NCBI GenBank assembly: GCA_025839675.1
Contig: CP104013.1
Location: forward strand, 4,500,001 to 4,532,000
DNA: 32,000 nucleotides
From: Candidatus Lokiarchaeum ossiferum
Lineage (GTDB): Archaea; Asgardarchaeota; Lokiarchaeia; Sigyniarchaeales; Promethearchaeaceae
Direction: 5' to 3'
Made by a program: the position numbers and the translations under genes
Notes under the pieces: generated by a model
Databases searched by the model: none
Told to the model about the DNA's origin: nothing
Seen by the model: the letters and a program-made list of their open reading frames with translations, nothing else
In this document: in pieces, positions 1 to 7,587 of the stretch
How the letters are laid out: each line of letters opens with the position of its first letter
How positions within the stretch are numbered: position 1 is the first letter of the stretch

Positions 1-389
1 TTGGCCGTGATATCAATCATTTCTGCAACCATGTGGCTCATTTTCCCTTCGTCATCAAGCAATGGGTAAGCATTGATATTCAATAAGATCTTTTTTTTAT
101 TTGGCCATTCAATAAATTGGCGGATGTTGTGGACGGGAGCTAGATCCTTTTTGACACGTGTAAATGGCTGATCTTCCTCTGAAAATGGATTTCCATCTAT
201 GTCGGTGGTTTTCCATTGTGGTGAATTGTAAACCCGATCCGTGATAGATTCTTTCTTGATTCCCAGAATATTTTCTGCTGCTTTATTAGCATATACAATG
301 CTGCCAGAAATATCCACTATGACCGTAGCCAAATTGCATTTATCAATAATTTTTTTCCAGATTTGATCTTGGGAGGAGAATGAAAACAT
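1..389 (-). CDS. PAS-domain sensor protein, N-terminal fragment (gene continues past the window start)
   Basis: Absent from the supplied track because it runs off the edge. My minus-strand translation from the ATG (complement of cat at 387-389) is MFSFSSQDQIWKKIIDKCNLATVIVDISGSIVYANKAAENILGIKKESITDRVYNSPQWKTTDIDGNPFSEEDQPFTRVKKDLAPVHNIRQFIEWPNKKKILLNINAYPLLDDEGKMSHMVAEMIDITA. It stays open for 129 codons in an AT-rich, stop-rich background. The layout (V.D..G.I.YaN.AAe.ilG ... PLlDdeGk....v....DIT) is a classic PAS/S-box pattern. Confidence 0.6.
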   Translation of the reverse strand, partial: MFSFSSQDQIWKKIIDKCNLATVIVDISGSIVYANKAAENILGIKKESITDRVYNSPQWKTTDIDGNPFSEEDQPFTRVKKDLAPVHNIRQFIEWPNKKKILLNINAYPLLDDEGKMSHMVAEMIDITA

Positions 390-493
390 CAAGATAGTAT
401 TGTGAAATGAACCTTTATATTTTTTTAATAATTATTTTTGGTCAAAATTACTCGAAATTGATCTCCAGATCACAATAGATTTTGTCTAAACTT

Positions 494-509
494 AGGTGAT
501 TGAGTTATT
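494..509 (+). repeat. 16-nt exact repeat AGGTGATTGAGTTATT, copy 1 (intergenic)
   Basis: The identical 16-mer recurs at 28824-28839. Both copies are intergenic and on the same strand. Confidence 0.4.
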
Positions 510-846
510 CTTCCAATTTTCCTAAAAAATGAGATATGTTTTTATAATAAATATAGAATAATGGAGTTTTCTTTGAGATTGAATGTATTACTCCGAACTA
601 AATACATGTAATACTCAATAAAGAAGAATATGGGATCATTAATGGTCTTGTATCTAATTTGACTAAAGACCAATAATTTAAATATCTATCTGGATAATTG
701 GATTCATTCTTATTGCAAATAATTGTCTTGATAATGACAAAAATCATACTAAAAAAGATTCTTTATTCTTGAAAAGGAATGAATGTTGTACGTAACCACA
801 AAAAAACAAGATTAATTAAGACATCACATCTTATCCATATTAACAA

Positions 847-1257
847 ATGATCAAAGGTTTGCAAATCTGTGATTCGAAGGGATTTCCAATTTATACTCGA
901 ACCGCAAATAATTTTACTGGGATTAATGGGACATTAATGAGTGGTTTAATTTCTGCCATCGGTGTCATGGGAAAAGAGTTGTTTAAACAAAATATTGCAA
1001 ATATCACATTTGGGGAAGGTAGTAATACTTCCTATCTCACGATTATTAGAAAAGAACTGTTTAAAGAAAATAAATCCATTGATTTTGTATATTTTTCGGA
1101 GCAGAAGTGTGATTTAGCATCATTAAATAATATTTCCACAACAATTTTTATAGATTCAAAACGAGATTTAATTGATTCTTCAAAAGTTAGGGATGATTTA
1201 AAGCCTCGCATTAATAAAATTATTGATTTGAACTTTCTTGAGATATTTCAAGATTAA
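847..1257 (+). CDS. small soluble protein, tentatively longin/roadblock-like (SNARE-like superfamily) fold
   Basis: 136-aa ORF with an ATG start and no competing ORF. The N-terminus MIKGLQICDSKGFPIYTR...GTLMSGLISAIGVMGKELF follows the strand-strand-helix pattern of longin, sigma-adaptin, TRAPP-type or roadblock-type small domains. The fold call is pattern-based only. Confidence 0.5.
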   Translation: MIKGLQICDSKGFPIYTRTANNFTGINGTLMSGLISAIGVMGKELFKQNIANITFGEGSNTSYLTIIRKELFKENKSIDFVYFSEQKCDLASLNNISTTIFIDSKRDLIDSSKVRDDLKPRINKIIDLNFLEIFQD

Positions 1258-1291
1258 TTTTATTGGAATGTTCGCTTTTCTGCAAAAAGAG

Positions 1292-2245
1292 TCAAGAATT
1301 CGGGTTTCCACTGTTATTTTTAAGATATTTTAAAATTCTTTTATCTTTTTCATATCTTTTTAATTGTTTTCGTTCGTTTTTATAAATTGAAATCATTTTC
1401 TTAATGGAATTATCCATTAAAACAGCTTGGTCAACATTGAGTTTTATGCTTTTATCATATTTTTGATCTACCTTCAAAACCCAAGCATTAATTTTATCTA
1501 TTTCTTTTCGAATTTTTTTTGATAAATAACTTCGAGCATTCTTCGCATGAAAGGCTTCCAAGGTTTCCAAATAAGGAATCCATTCACGAATGTACATCCG
1601 AATTGTATTAAACCATCCTTTATCTTCAAAATCTACTAAATTATATTCTATTGCAAGGCGATATTCATCAAACAACTTTAATTCTTGAAAATTGGTTAAT
1701 CGTTTGTTAAACGAAAGGATTTTTTCTTTAGTCGCTTGATTCCTGAAATTTTTAATGATTTTTTCTTGTGATGGACTAAATTTTCGAATAATTCGAGGTT
1801 TGGAAAAAAAATTGGATTTATTTAAGTAGTGTTCAAATTCATTTGCTGGAATGTCCTTAACACTATCTAAAAACTCTTTTTGAATTTGATCGATCTGGCG
1901 ATAAAATTGATTCTTGGCTCCTATGCCATAATCGTTCTTTTTGGATTTAAAATTTCCTTGTTGAGCAACAAAATTGGTCCAGTTGGCCTCTAATTCCTCA
2001 ATTTGTTCAGAAATTTTGTTTTCAGTATCCTTCACGAGTTTGATAAATTTATCCATATATAAAAATCGTGGATCTTGCTGGATTTCGGAACAAAGATTTG
2101 AAAAATCTGAGAAATATTCGAGAGCGATGTCATAATGTCCCAATACTATTAAATCATTTGTAGTATTTTGGAAAGTCTGAAAATTCTCATTAAAATAGGA
2201 TATAACTTTTTTTTCAAGTTTTTCTTGAGTTCCCATTAATATCAT
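1292..2245 (-). CDS. hypothetical all-helical K/E/N-rich protein
   Basis: 317-aa ORF with an ATG start and no competing long ORF, convergent with 847..1257. I recognise no family motif. Confidence 0.6.
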   Translation of the reverse strand: MILMGTQEKLEKKVISYFNENFQTFQNTTNDLIVLGHYDIALEYFSDFSNLCSEIQQDPRFLYMDKFIKLVKDTENKISEQIEELEANWTNFVAQQGNFKSKKNDYGIGAKNQFYRQIDQIQKEFLDSVKDIPANEFEHYLNKSNFFSKPRIIRKFSPSQEKIIKNFRNQATKEKILSFNKRLTNFQELKLFDEYRLAIEYNLVDFEDKGWFNTIRMYIREWIPYLETLEAFHAKNARSYLSKKIRKEIDKINAWVLKVDQKYDKSIKLNVDQAVLMDNSIKKMISIYKNERKQLKRYEKDKRILKYLKNNSGNPNS

Positions 2246-2386
2246 TTTCTCTATAGAAGAGAAAAATTTTTTGGTTTTAAATAATTTAAAAAAATATTCT
2301 GAGAGTTTTGGAAATCAAATCTTGAAAATTTTTGGTTTTTTTTTATAATGCGTGAGATGTCCCTATCTTTCTAATTTGTGATAAGT

Positions 2387-3625
2387 ATGAGTGATATAAA
2401 AAAAGAACATTCTTCACTTTCTGATAAATCTTCAAACTTCCGATTAACACCACAACATATGATAATTTATCTCATTATGTTTACCGAAATCATAGGATTT
2501 GCTATTGTATATCCAATTCTCCCATACATCGGTTTTGATTTGGGGCTAAATGAACTTGAAATTGGGTTTATTGGCAGTATTTTTAGTTTTTGTCAACTTT
2601 TTGCAAGTCCTATTACGGGAAAACTAAGTGATCGATTCGGAAGACGACCATTATTAATTTTTTCTCAAATTAGCACACTTATGGGTTTTGTTTTACTCGG
2701 TTTTGCAGGAAAAATTTGGATTCTTGTCACAGCTCGAATCATTGATGGACTTTTTGGAAGTAATATGACTGTGTGTCAAGCCGCATTGAGTGATATTACT
2801 GCTCATGAGAATCGGACTACTGTATATAGTTATTCCAGTGGAATATTTGGTGCAGGATTGATTGTGGGTCCATTGATAGGGGGGCTTCTATCTACCATAA
2901 ATTATTCTGTACCTATGTTTGTTGCCGCTGGGATTTCTTTTCTGTCAATTATTTTAGTTATTTTCTTTATTCCTGAAACAAATAATTCCCAAACCACTAC
3001 TTTGTCTATTAAGTTTAACGAAATCTTGCCCATCAAAGAAACAAAGAAATATATTAAGGATAATCGCACGAGAAAGACTCTCTTCCTTTTTTTCCTCTAT
3101 TCCTTCTCCTTTATGCTTTTCATCAACAATTTTACCTTGTATGTAGAAAATAAGTATCAAGTTGGCCCCGATATTGCGTCCTATTACCGTACCTGGATTG
3201 GCATCTTACGTGTCATTCTTCAACTATTTCTAATGAAATCTCTCTTGAAAAAAATGGGTGAAACTAAGGGTTTTTTAACCGGTGCGATAAGCTTACTTAT
3301 TTGCATGGTGGGTTTGATCTTTTCTTGGAATTATTTCATTGCTTTTATTCCTATGATCTTCCTGGCCTATGGGACTGGGATGGCTCGTCCAATTTTAACT
3401 AGTCGCCTAACAAAAAGTGTGAAACAATCAGAATCTGCGACTATTTTGGGTATTAGCAATGCATTAAATAGTTTGGGGCAAATACTCACTCCAATTATCG
3501 GAGGTGCTGTTTTACTCCATTTAAATCCCAATTTTTTACCTTTATTGAGCGCTATTGGGTTTATTTTTACCATATATATGAGTACAGCGAGAAACGGGGA
3601 AAAAAACGAAAAAACATTGCTTTAA
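2387..3625 (+). CDS. MFS transporter (DHA1 / drug-efflux-like)
   Basis: Track ORF 2378..3625. It carries MFS motif A (GKLSDRFGRRPLL) after TM2 and about 12 hydrophobic segments. I prefer ATG 2387 (MSDIKKEH...) because GTGAT at 2378-2382 then sits 4 nt upstream as an SD-like element, and a TTTTATAAT box lies at 2341-2349. GTG 2378 is the alternative start. Confidence 0.85.
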   Translation: MSDIKKEHSSLSDKSSNFRLTPQHMIIYLIMFTEIIGFAIVYPILPYIGFDLGLNELEIGFIGSIFSFCQLFASPITGKLSDRFGRRPLLIFSQISTLMGFVLLGFAGKIWILVTARIIDGLFGSNMTVCQAALSDITAHENRTTVYSYSSGIFGAGLIVGPLIGGLLSTINYSVPMFVAAGISFLSIILVIFFIPETNNSQTTTLSIKFNEILPIKETKKYIKDNRTRKTLFLFFLYSFSFMLFINNFTLYVENKYQVGPDIASYYRTWIGILRVILQLFLMKSLLKKMGETKGFLTGAISLLICMVGLIFSWNYFIAFIPMIFLAYGTGMARPILTSRLTKSVKQSESATILGISNALNSLGQILTPIIGGAVLLHLNPNFLPLLSAIGFIFTIYMSTARNGEKNEKTLL

Positions 3626-3626
3626 T

Positions 3627-4238
3627 TTACTTTTTTACATCTTTCATAAATAGATAACCTGCGAGACTAAAGCAAATTTGTCCAAGAGTGTTGGTTAATT
3701 CAGCAACCCATTGGATAGCCATACTTAAATCTGTGCTACCCAAACCTGCCATCAAAAAAATAATAATGACGTTTCCAATGAGAAGATACGCGCTTTTTTT
3801 ATTCTTGTTCTGGAAAGCATAATACACCAATAATCCATTGGTTCCCAAACAGGTGAGGGTTTGAATTGCCATGAATGGAACTTTCCATAATGCCATGGCG
3901 GTTAAAGGGATAGTTGGTTTACTTATCAATTTTTCTCTCTCTTGTCGAATAAAAAACAAAGTTCCGATAAAAAGACATGTAAATCCAATGGATTGCACAA
4001 CAAATAAACTATCTGTCAAAAAAGCGATACTAGTTTCAGTTAAAGCCATATTAAGCTTCCAAATTGCTTTGAATAGACCCCCCAAGAAAACAAAAAATCC
4101 CCCCCCAATCCATAATAATCGACTTCGAGTATATCCTTGGGTTTTAAAGAATTCTTGAAAGAAAAAGACTCCCAAAGGAAACAAAAATGTTGGAATAAAG
4201 TCAACTAAGGCTATTGCAATGGAATATTCTTCTGCCAT
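3627..4238 (-). CDS. integral membrane protein, unknown family (about 6 TM segments)
   Basis: 203-aa ORF with an ATG start and repeated hydrophobic stretches (FIPTFLFPLGVFFF, LLWIGGGFFVFLGGLF, SIGFTCLFIGTLFF, and others). It is convergent with the MFS gene with a 1-nt gap. No family motif recognised. Confidence 0.65.
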   Translation of the reverse strand: MAEEYSIAIALVDFIPTFLFPLGVFFFQEFFKTQGYTRSRLLWIGGGFFVFLGGLFKAIWKLNMALTETSIAFLTDSLFVVQSIGFTCLFIGTLFFIRQEREKLISKPTIPLTAMALWKVPFMAIQTLTCLGTNGLLVYYAFQNKNKKSAYLLIGNVIIIFLMAGLGSTDLSMAIQWVAELTNTLGQICFSLAGYLFMKDVKK

Positions 4239-4372
4239 ATCTAATCTTTTCCTTGTTCACATAATTAAAATTAATGTTTCTTGGAAAGCTAAAAATAGTA
4301 CCAGCATGGATGGGGTGTAATTGACATTTTAAAGGAATGTTTGCAAGATTTTATAATATCGAGGAATAGTAA

Positions 4373-5539
4373 ATGAATATTATAAAAAAAAAAACATTAG
4401 TATACGGGGTTACTTTCATCTTATTAGCGAACATTTTTTATTCCAGTGGAAGCTTAAATCCACTAGCAAGTGCAGATTCTAATTCTGAGTCCAAAATTTC
4501 TCCTTCCGCGCGTTATGGGCATCGCATGGTTTTCATTCCAAATAAATCCGAAGTATTTATGTTTGGGGGAGAAGTTGCTTACCAATCTTCAACTCTGTTG
4601 AATCAATCTTGGAAATATTCTACGATCTCAAATAACTGGAAATATATTGTGTCTGATAAATCGCCGTGTGCTCGAATGTCTCATGGGATGGTTTATATTG
4701 TCCGGAGTAATTCCATTTTGCTTTTTGGTGGAATGAATGTAATTGATGTAAGTCGAATGAATGATATGTGGGAATTCAATCTCGAAACTGAAAAGTGGGA
4801 AGAATTAGTACTTGCTGTTTCTCCTTCTCCAAGAAGTGATATGTCTATGTATTATGATGATTCCCTCAACAAAGTATTTTTATTTGGCGGTTATTCTCCA
4901 TATGGTTCTAAATTATCTGATATGTGGGAATTTGATATTCGAAATCAAACTTGGTCTGAAGTCAATTGTTCCTTAAAACCTCGAGCAAGATATGGGCATC
5001 AAATGGTTTACAACTCTCATTCTCATGAAGGTATTTTATTTGGAGGGAATAATGCAGGTATGATGAATGATCTATGGGCTTTTAATGGCTCTACTTTAAC
5101 TTGGTCTGAATTAATAAATACAAATCCACCTCCTGTACGCTACTGGAATTGCTTGACCTATATGCCATCAAGTAATTCCATTCTTGTATATGGCGGGCGA
5201 AATGACAATTTTGACGGAGATTCATTATCTGATTCTTGGAAATATAGTTTTGTAACAAAATCTTGGAGTGAATTATTATTAAACACCAATCCATCTCAAC
5301 GTATGTTTAGTTTTATGGTCACAGATCCGAATACATCAAATGTTTATTTATATGGAGGGGTTAAAAATTATAACGAAGAAAGCTTGGATGATTTTTGGGT
5401 GTTCTTAGCCCAAACCAATCAATGGAATGAAATTACATCAAATGTCGTTTATTGGATTATAGGTGGAACTATTTTCCTTGGTTGTGGAATCTTTGTGTGT
5501 TATTTTTTGTGGAGAAAGAAACAACAACTCAAAAAATAA
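4373..5539 (+). CDS. Kelch-repeat beta-propeller protein with signal peptide and C-terminal TM anchor
   Basis: 388 aa.
- The N-terminus MNIIKKKTLVYGVTFILLANIF...ASA/D looks like a signal peptide.
- About six Kelch-like blades each carry a [AP]R.gH.MVy motif, a GG doublet and a conserved W. The blade motifs are ARYGHRMVF, ARMSHGMVY, PRSDMSMYY, ARYGHQMVY, VRYWNCLTY and QRMFSFMV.
- The C-terminus VVYWIIGGTIFLGCGIFVCYFLWRKKQQLKK is a TM helix with a basic tail.
- The gene ends in a tandem stop, TAATAG. Confidence 0.8.
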   Translation: MNIIKKKTLVYGVTFILLANIFYSSGSLNPLASADSNSESKISPSARYGHRMVFIPNKSEVFMFGGEVAYQSSTLLNQSWKYSTISNNWKYIVSDKSPCARMSHGMVYIVRSNSILLFGGMNVIDVSRMNDMWEFNLETEKWEELVLAVSPSPRSDMSMYYDDSLNKVFLFGGYSPYGSKLSDMWEFDIRNQTWSEVNCSLKPRARYGHQMVYNSHSHEGILFGGNNAGMMNDLWAFNGSTLTWSELINTNPPPVRYWNCLTYMPSSNSILVYGGRNDNFDGDSLSDSWKYSFVTKSWSELLLNTNPSQRMFSFMVTDPNTSNVYLYGGVKNYNEESLDDFWVFLAQTNQWNEITSNVVYWIIGGTIFLGCGIFVCYFLWRKKQQLKK

Positions 5540-5544
5540 TAGGT

Positions 5545-5607
5545 GAACCATACTATATCCCTTGTTTTCCTCTCAATCGGAAAGATATTTAGTTATGGTT
5601 CTTTTTT
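5545..5607 (+). terminator. extended imperfect stem-loop followed by T6, immediately after the Kelch gene
   Basis: Three helical segments that I paired base by base:
- 5545-5552/5594-5601 (GAACCATA/TATGGTTC, 8 bp)
- 5555-5559/5584-5588 (ATATC/GATAT, 5 bp)
- 5566-5570/5579-5583 (TTTCC/GGAAA, 5 bp)

The loop is 8 nt, followed by TTTTTT at 5602-5607. Confidence 0.4.
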
Positions 5608-5625
5608 ATACTTGGTGTTTTTTTA

Positions 5626-6483
5626 ATGATAGATTTTTACATCGTAGATGTTTTCGCCCAACAGAAATTTACGGGAAATCAAGTTGCAGTGTTAAAAAGC
5701 GATTCTCCCCTTGCGAATGAGGAAATGCTAAAAATTGCTAAAGAGATGAAATTTATTCAATCTTGCTTTCTCATAAAAAATAATGATTCTTATCAGGTTC
5801 GTATTTTTATGCCTAAACTCGAAATCCCATTTTCTGGAGATCCTGTATTAGCTTCAGCTTTTATTATCAATCAGATAATTAATGAAGCTCCAAAAGAATC
5901 AATACTCATAAAATTACAAAAAGGGGATGTTGAAATCCAACATCAAGATGATACATATTGGATGGAAAGCCCTCAACCTATTTTTGGCCGGATTTTTGAT
6001 AAAATTTTACTTTCCCGCGTATTAAGCATAGAACCAGAAGATATATGTGATAATCCTCCAATTCAACAAGTATCAATCGGTGTTCCATATATTATAGTTC
6101 CTATAAAAAATATGAAAACATTGAGGGAGATATCTATTAATAAAGAAAGATATGAATGGTTAACCCAACGAACTAAAGCAAGTTGCGTACTTGCCTACTG
6201 TAATGAATCTATTGATGAAGGAAATGATTACCACATTCGTGTTTTTGCGGATGCTCTTGGAATTCCCGAAGATCCTGCATCTGGAAGTGGGGTTGGGAGT
6301 TTGGCGGCCTATTTATCTCGCTATATCTCTTCTGCAGAAGAAGGCTTTCAAATTCGGGTTGAGCAAGGGTATGAAATTGGTCGTCCATCCTTAATCAAAG
6401 CGAAAATCCATCAATTGACCGAATTTTTACAGATTGCTATTGGTGGAAAAGTGAAACTAACTTCCCAAGGAAAAATTCTTTAG
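5626..6483 (+). CDS. PhzF-family (DAP-epimerase fold) protein, paralog 1, with catalytic Glu and His substituted
   Basis: 285 aa. Family hallmarks are present: YIVDVFAQQKFTGNQVAV, IPEDPASGSGVG and VEQGYEIGRPS. The positions matching PhzF E45 and H74 read Q45 (KFIQSCF, codon caa at 5758-5760) and D72 (FSGDPVLA). Confidence 0.85.
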   Translation: MIDFYIVDVFAQQKFTGNQVAVLKSDSPLANEEMLKIAKEMKFIQSCFLIKNNDSYQVRIFMPKLEIPFSGDPVLASAFIINQIINEAPKESILIKLQKGDVEIQHQDDTYWMESPQPIFGRIFDKILLSRVLSIEPEDICDNPPIQQVSIGVPYIIVPIKNMKTLREISINKERYEWLTQRTKASCVLAYCNESIDEGNDYHIRVFADALGIPEDPASGSGVGSLAAYLSRYISSAEEGFQIRVEQGYEIGRPSLIKAKIHQLTEFLQIAIGGKVKLTSQGKIL

Positions 6484-6550
6484 ACTTCATTTTTTTCATA
6501 AAAAAGTATGAAGTAGTTTTAAGTAGTTTCCGATCAATTTGAAACTACTT
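6484..6550 (+). other. compound RNA/DNA secondary-structure element between the two PhzF paralogs
   Basis: - Hairpin A pairs 6484-6490 with 6508-6514 (ACTTCAT/ATGAAGT). It extends through T/A pairs 6492-6496/6502-6506, one of them a G-U wobble.
- Hairpin B pairs 6521-6530 with 6541-6550 (AAGTAGTTTC/GAAACTACTT, 10 bp, 10-nt loop).
- The 5' arm AAGTAGTTT is directly duplicated at 6511-6519, so two mutually exclusive pairings are possible. Confidence 0.4.
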
Positions 6551-6582
6551 GAAAAGTTATTCAAAAAAATCTATTCAAGAAG

Positions 6583-7506
6583 GTGTTATCAATTTCTCGT
6601 TTAAAATATCATATTGTTGATGTATTTGCTCAAGAAAAGTTTACTGGGAATCAAGTCGTCGTCGTTGAGTGCGATCATCGCCTCTCGGTTGAGCACATGC
6701 AACGAATTGCTTGTGAAATGAATTTTCCAGAAACAAGTTTCATTTATACTGAAGTTCAAAATAATGGAGGATATGATGTTCGCATTTTCACACCTACTCG
6801 TGAAGTCTCCTTTTCGGGTCATCCTACTTTAGGAACTGCTTTTGTTATAAATCACTTCTTGAACCCAGGAATTCAAAAAGAAATTCGCTTAAATCTCACG
6901 AGTGGAACTGTTGTTATAAATGCTGAAAATCTTGGTGGAAAGAATTCTAACGATATTATCTCGAAAAGCAAGCCTATCTTAACTTCAGGTCAGAAAAAAC
7001 CTGAATTTGGTCATATTTTTGAACCAGTTCTTCTATCACGTGTGTTAGGTTTAGATATGGAAGAAATGGATCAAAGTTCTCCCATTCAAGCTGTGACCAT
7101 CGGGATTGGATTCGTTATTGTCCCTGTTAAAAGTTTGAAGATTCTTAAGCGTGTAAAAATAAACATTGAACGATACAACTGGCTTATTAGTCGTACCGAT
7201 GCTAAAAGCATTCTCGTTTTCTGTCGAGAAACAGAGAATCCAATGAATCATGTTCATGTTCGGGTTTTTTCTGATTTTTATGGAATCCCCGAGGATACGG
7301 CCACAGGTAGTGGTAATGGTGCTTTAGCGGCTTATTTGGCAAAATATCAGTGTTTTGGAAGTTCTTCAGTTAACATTAGAGTTGAACAGGGGTATGAAGT
7401 TGGACGACCTTCGTTAATTTTGGCCCAAGCTACTGTAGAAGGTGAGGACATTGAAGTTTCAATTGGCGGAAGAGTTGTTTTAATCGCTCAAGGTGAAATT
7501 CTTTAG
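6583..7506 (+). CDS. PhzF-family isomerase-like protein, paralog 2, with catalytic residues conserved
   Basis: 307 aa. Motifs are HIVDVFAQEKFTGNQVVV, NFPETSF (Glu retained), FSGHPTLG (His retained), IPEDTATGSGNG and VEQGYEVGRPS. The start is GTG 6583. No in-frame ATG lies upstream of the conserved N-terminal strand, so the exact start is uncertain. Confidence 0.85.
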   Translation: MLSISRLKYHIVDVFAQEKFTGNQVVVVECDHRLSVEHMQRIACEMNFPETSFIYTEVQNNGGYDVRIFTPTREVSFSGHPTLGTAFVINHFLNPGIQKEIRLNLTSGTVVINAENLGGKNSNDIISKSKPILTSGQKKPEFGHIFEPVLLSRVLGLDMEEMDQSSPIQAVTIGIGFVIVPVKSLKILKRVKINIERYNWLISRTDAKSILVFCRETENPMNHVHVRVFSDFYGIPEDTATGSGNGALAAYLAKYQCFGSSSVNIRVEQGYEVGRPSLILAQATVEGEDIEVSIGGRVVLIAQGEIL

Positions 7507-7513
7507 TTTTTCA

Positions 7514-7523
7514 TTTTTTTTTT
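7514..7523 (+). terminator. T10 tract after PhzF paralog 2 (archaeal-type oligo-T terminator candidate)
   Basis: tagtttttcaTTTTTTTTTTc begins 8 nt after the stop at 7504-7506, and a T5 run lies directly at 7507-7511. Confidence 0.35.
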
Positions 7524-7559
7524 CTTTACTCAAATGTCTTTTTGGCGTACCATTGGAAC

Positions 7560-7567
7560 TTTTAAAT
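7560..7567 (+). promoter_or_regulatory. TATA-like box (TTTTAAAT) upstream of the gamma-CA-like gene
   Basis: It is centred about 25 nt upstream of ATG 7588 and lies downstream of a T10 tract at 7514-7523 that follows the PhzF paralog 2 stop. Confidence 0.3.
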
Positions 7568-7587
7568 CATCCAGAATTCGTCTTCCT

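Noticed and set aside
4384-4394. A11 homopolymer in the Kelch signal-peptide region, with a similar A11 at 11620-11630 in the 11616 gene, considered as phase-variation slippage tracts
   Set aside because: Both simply encode Lys runs (KKK) in the basic N-termini of membrane or secreted proteins. That is expected in an AT-rich genome, and no frameshifted copy or evidence of length variation is visible in a single sequence.
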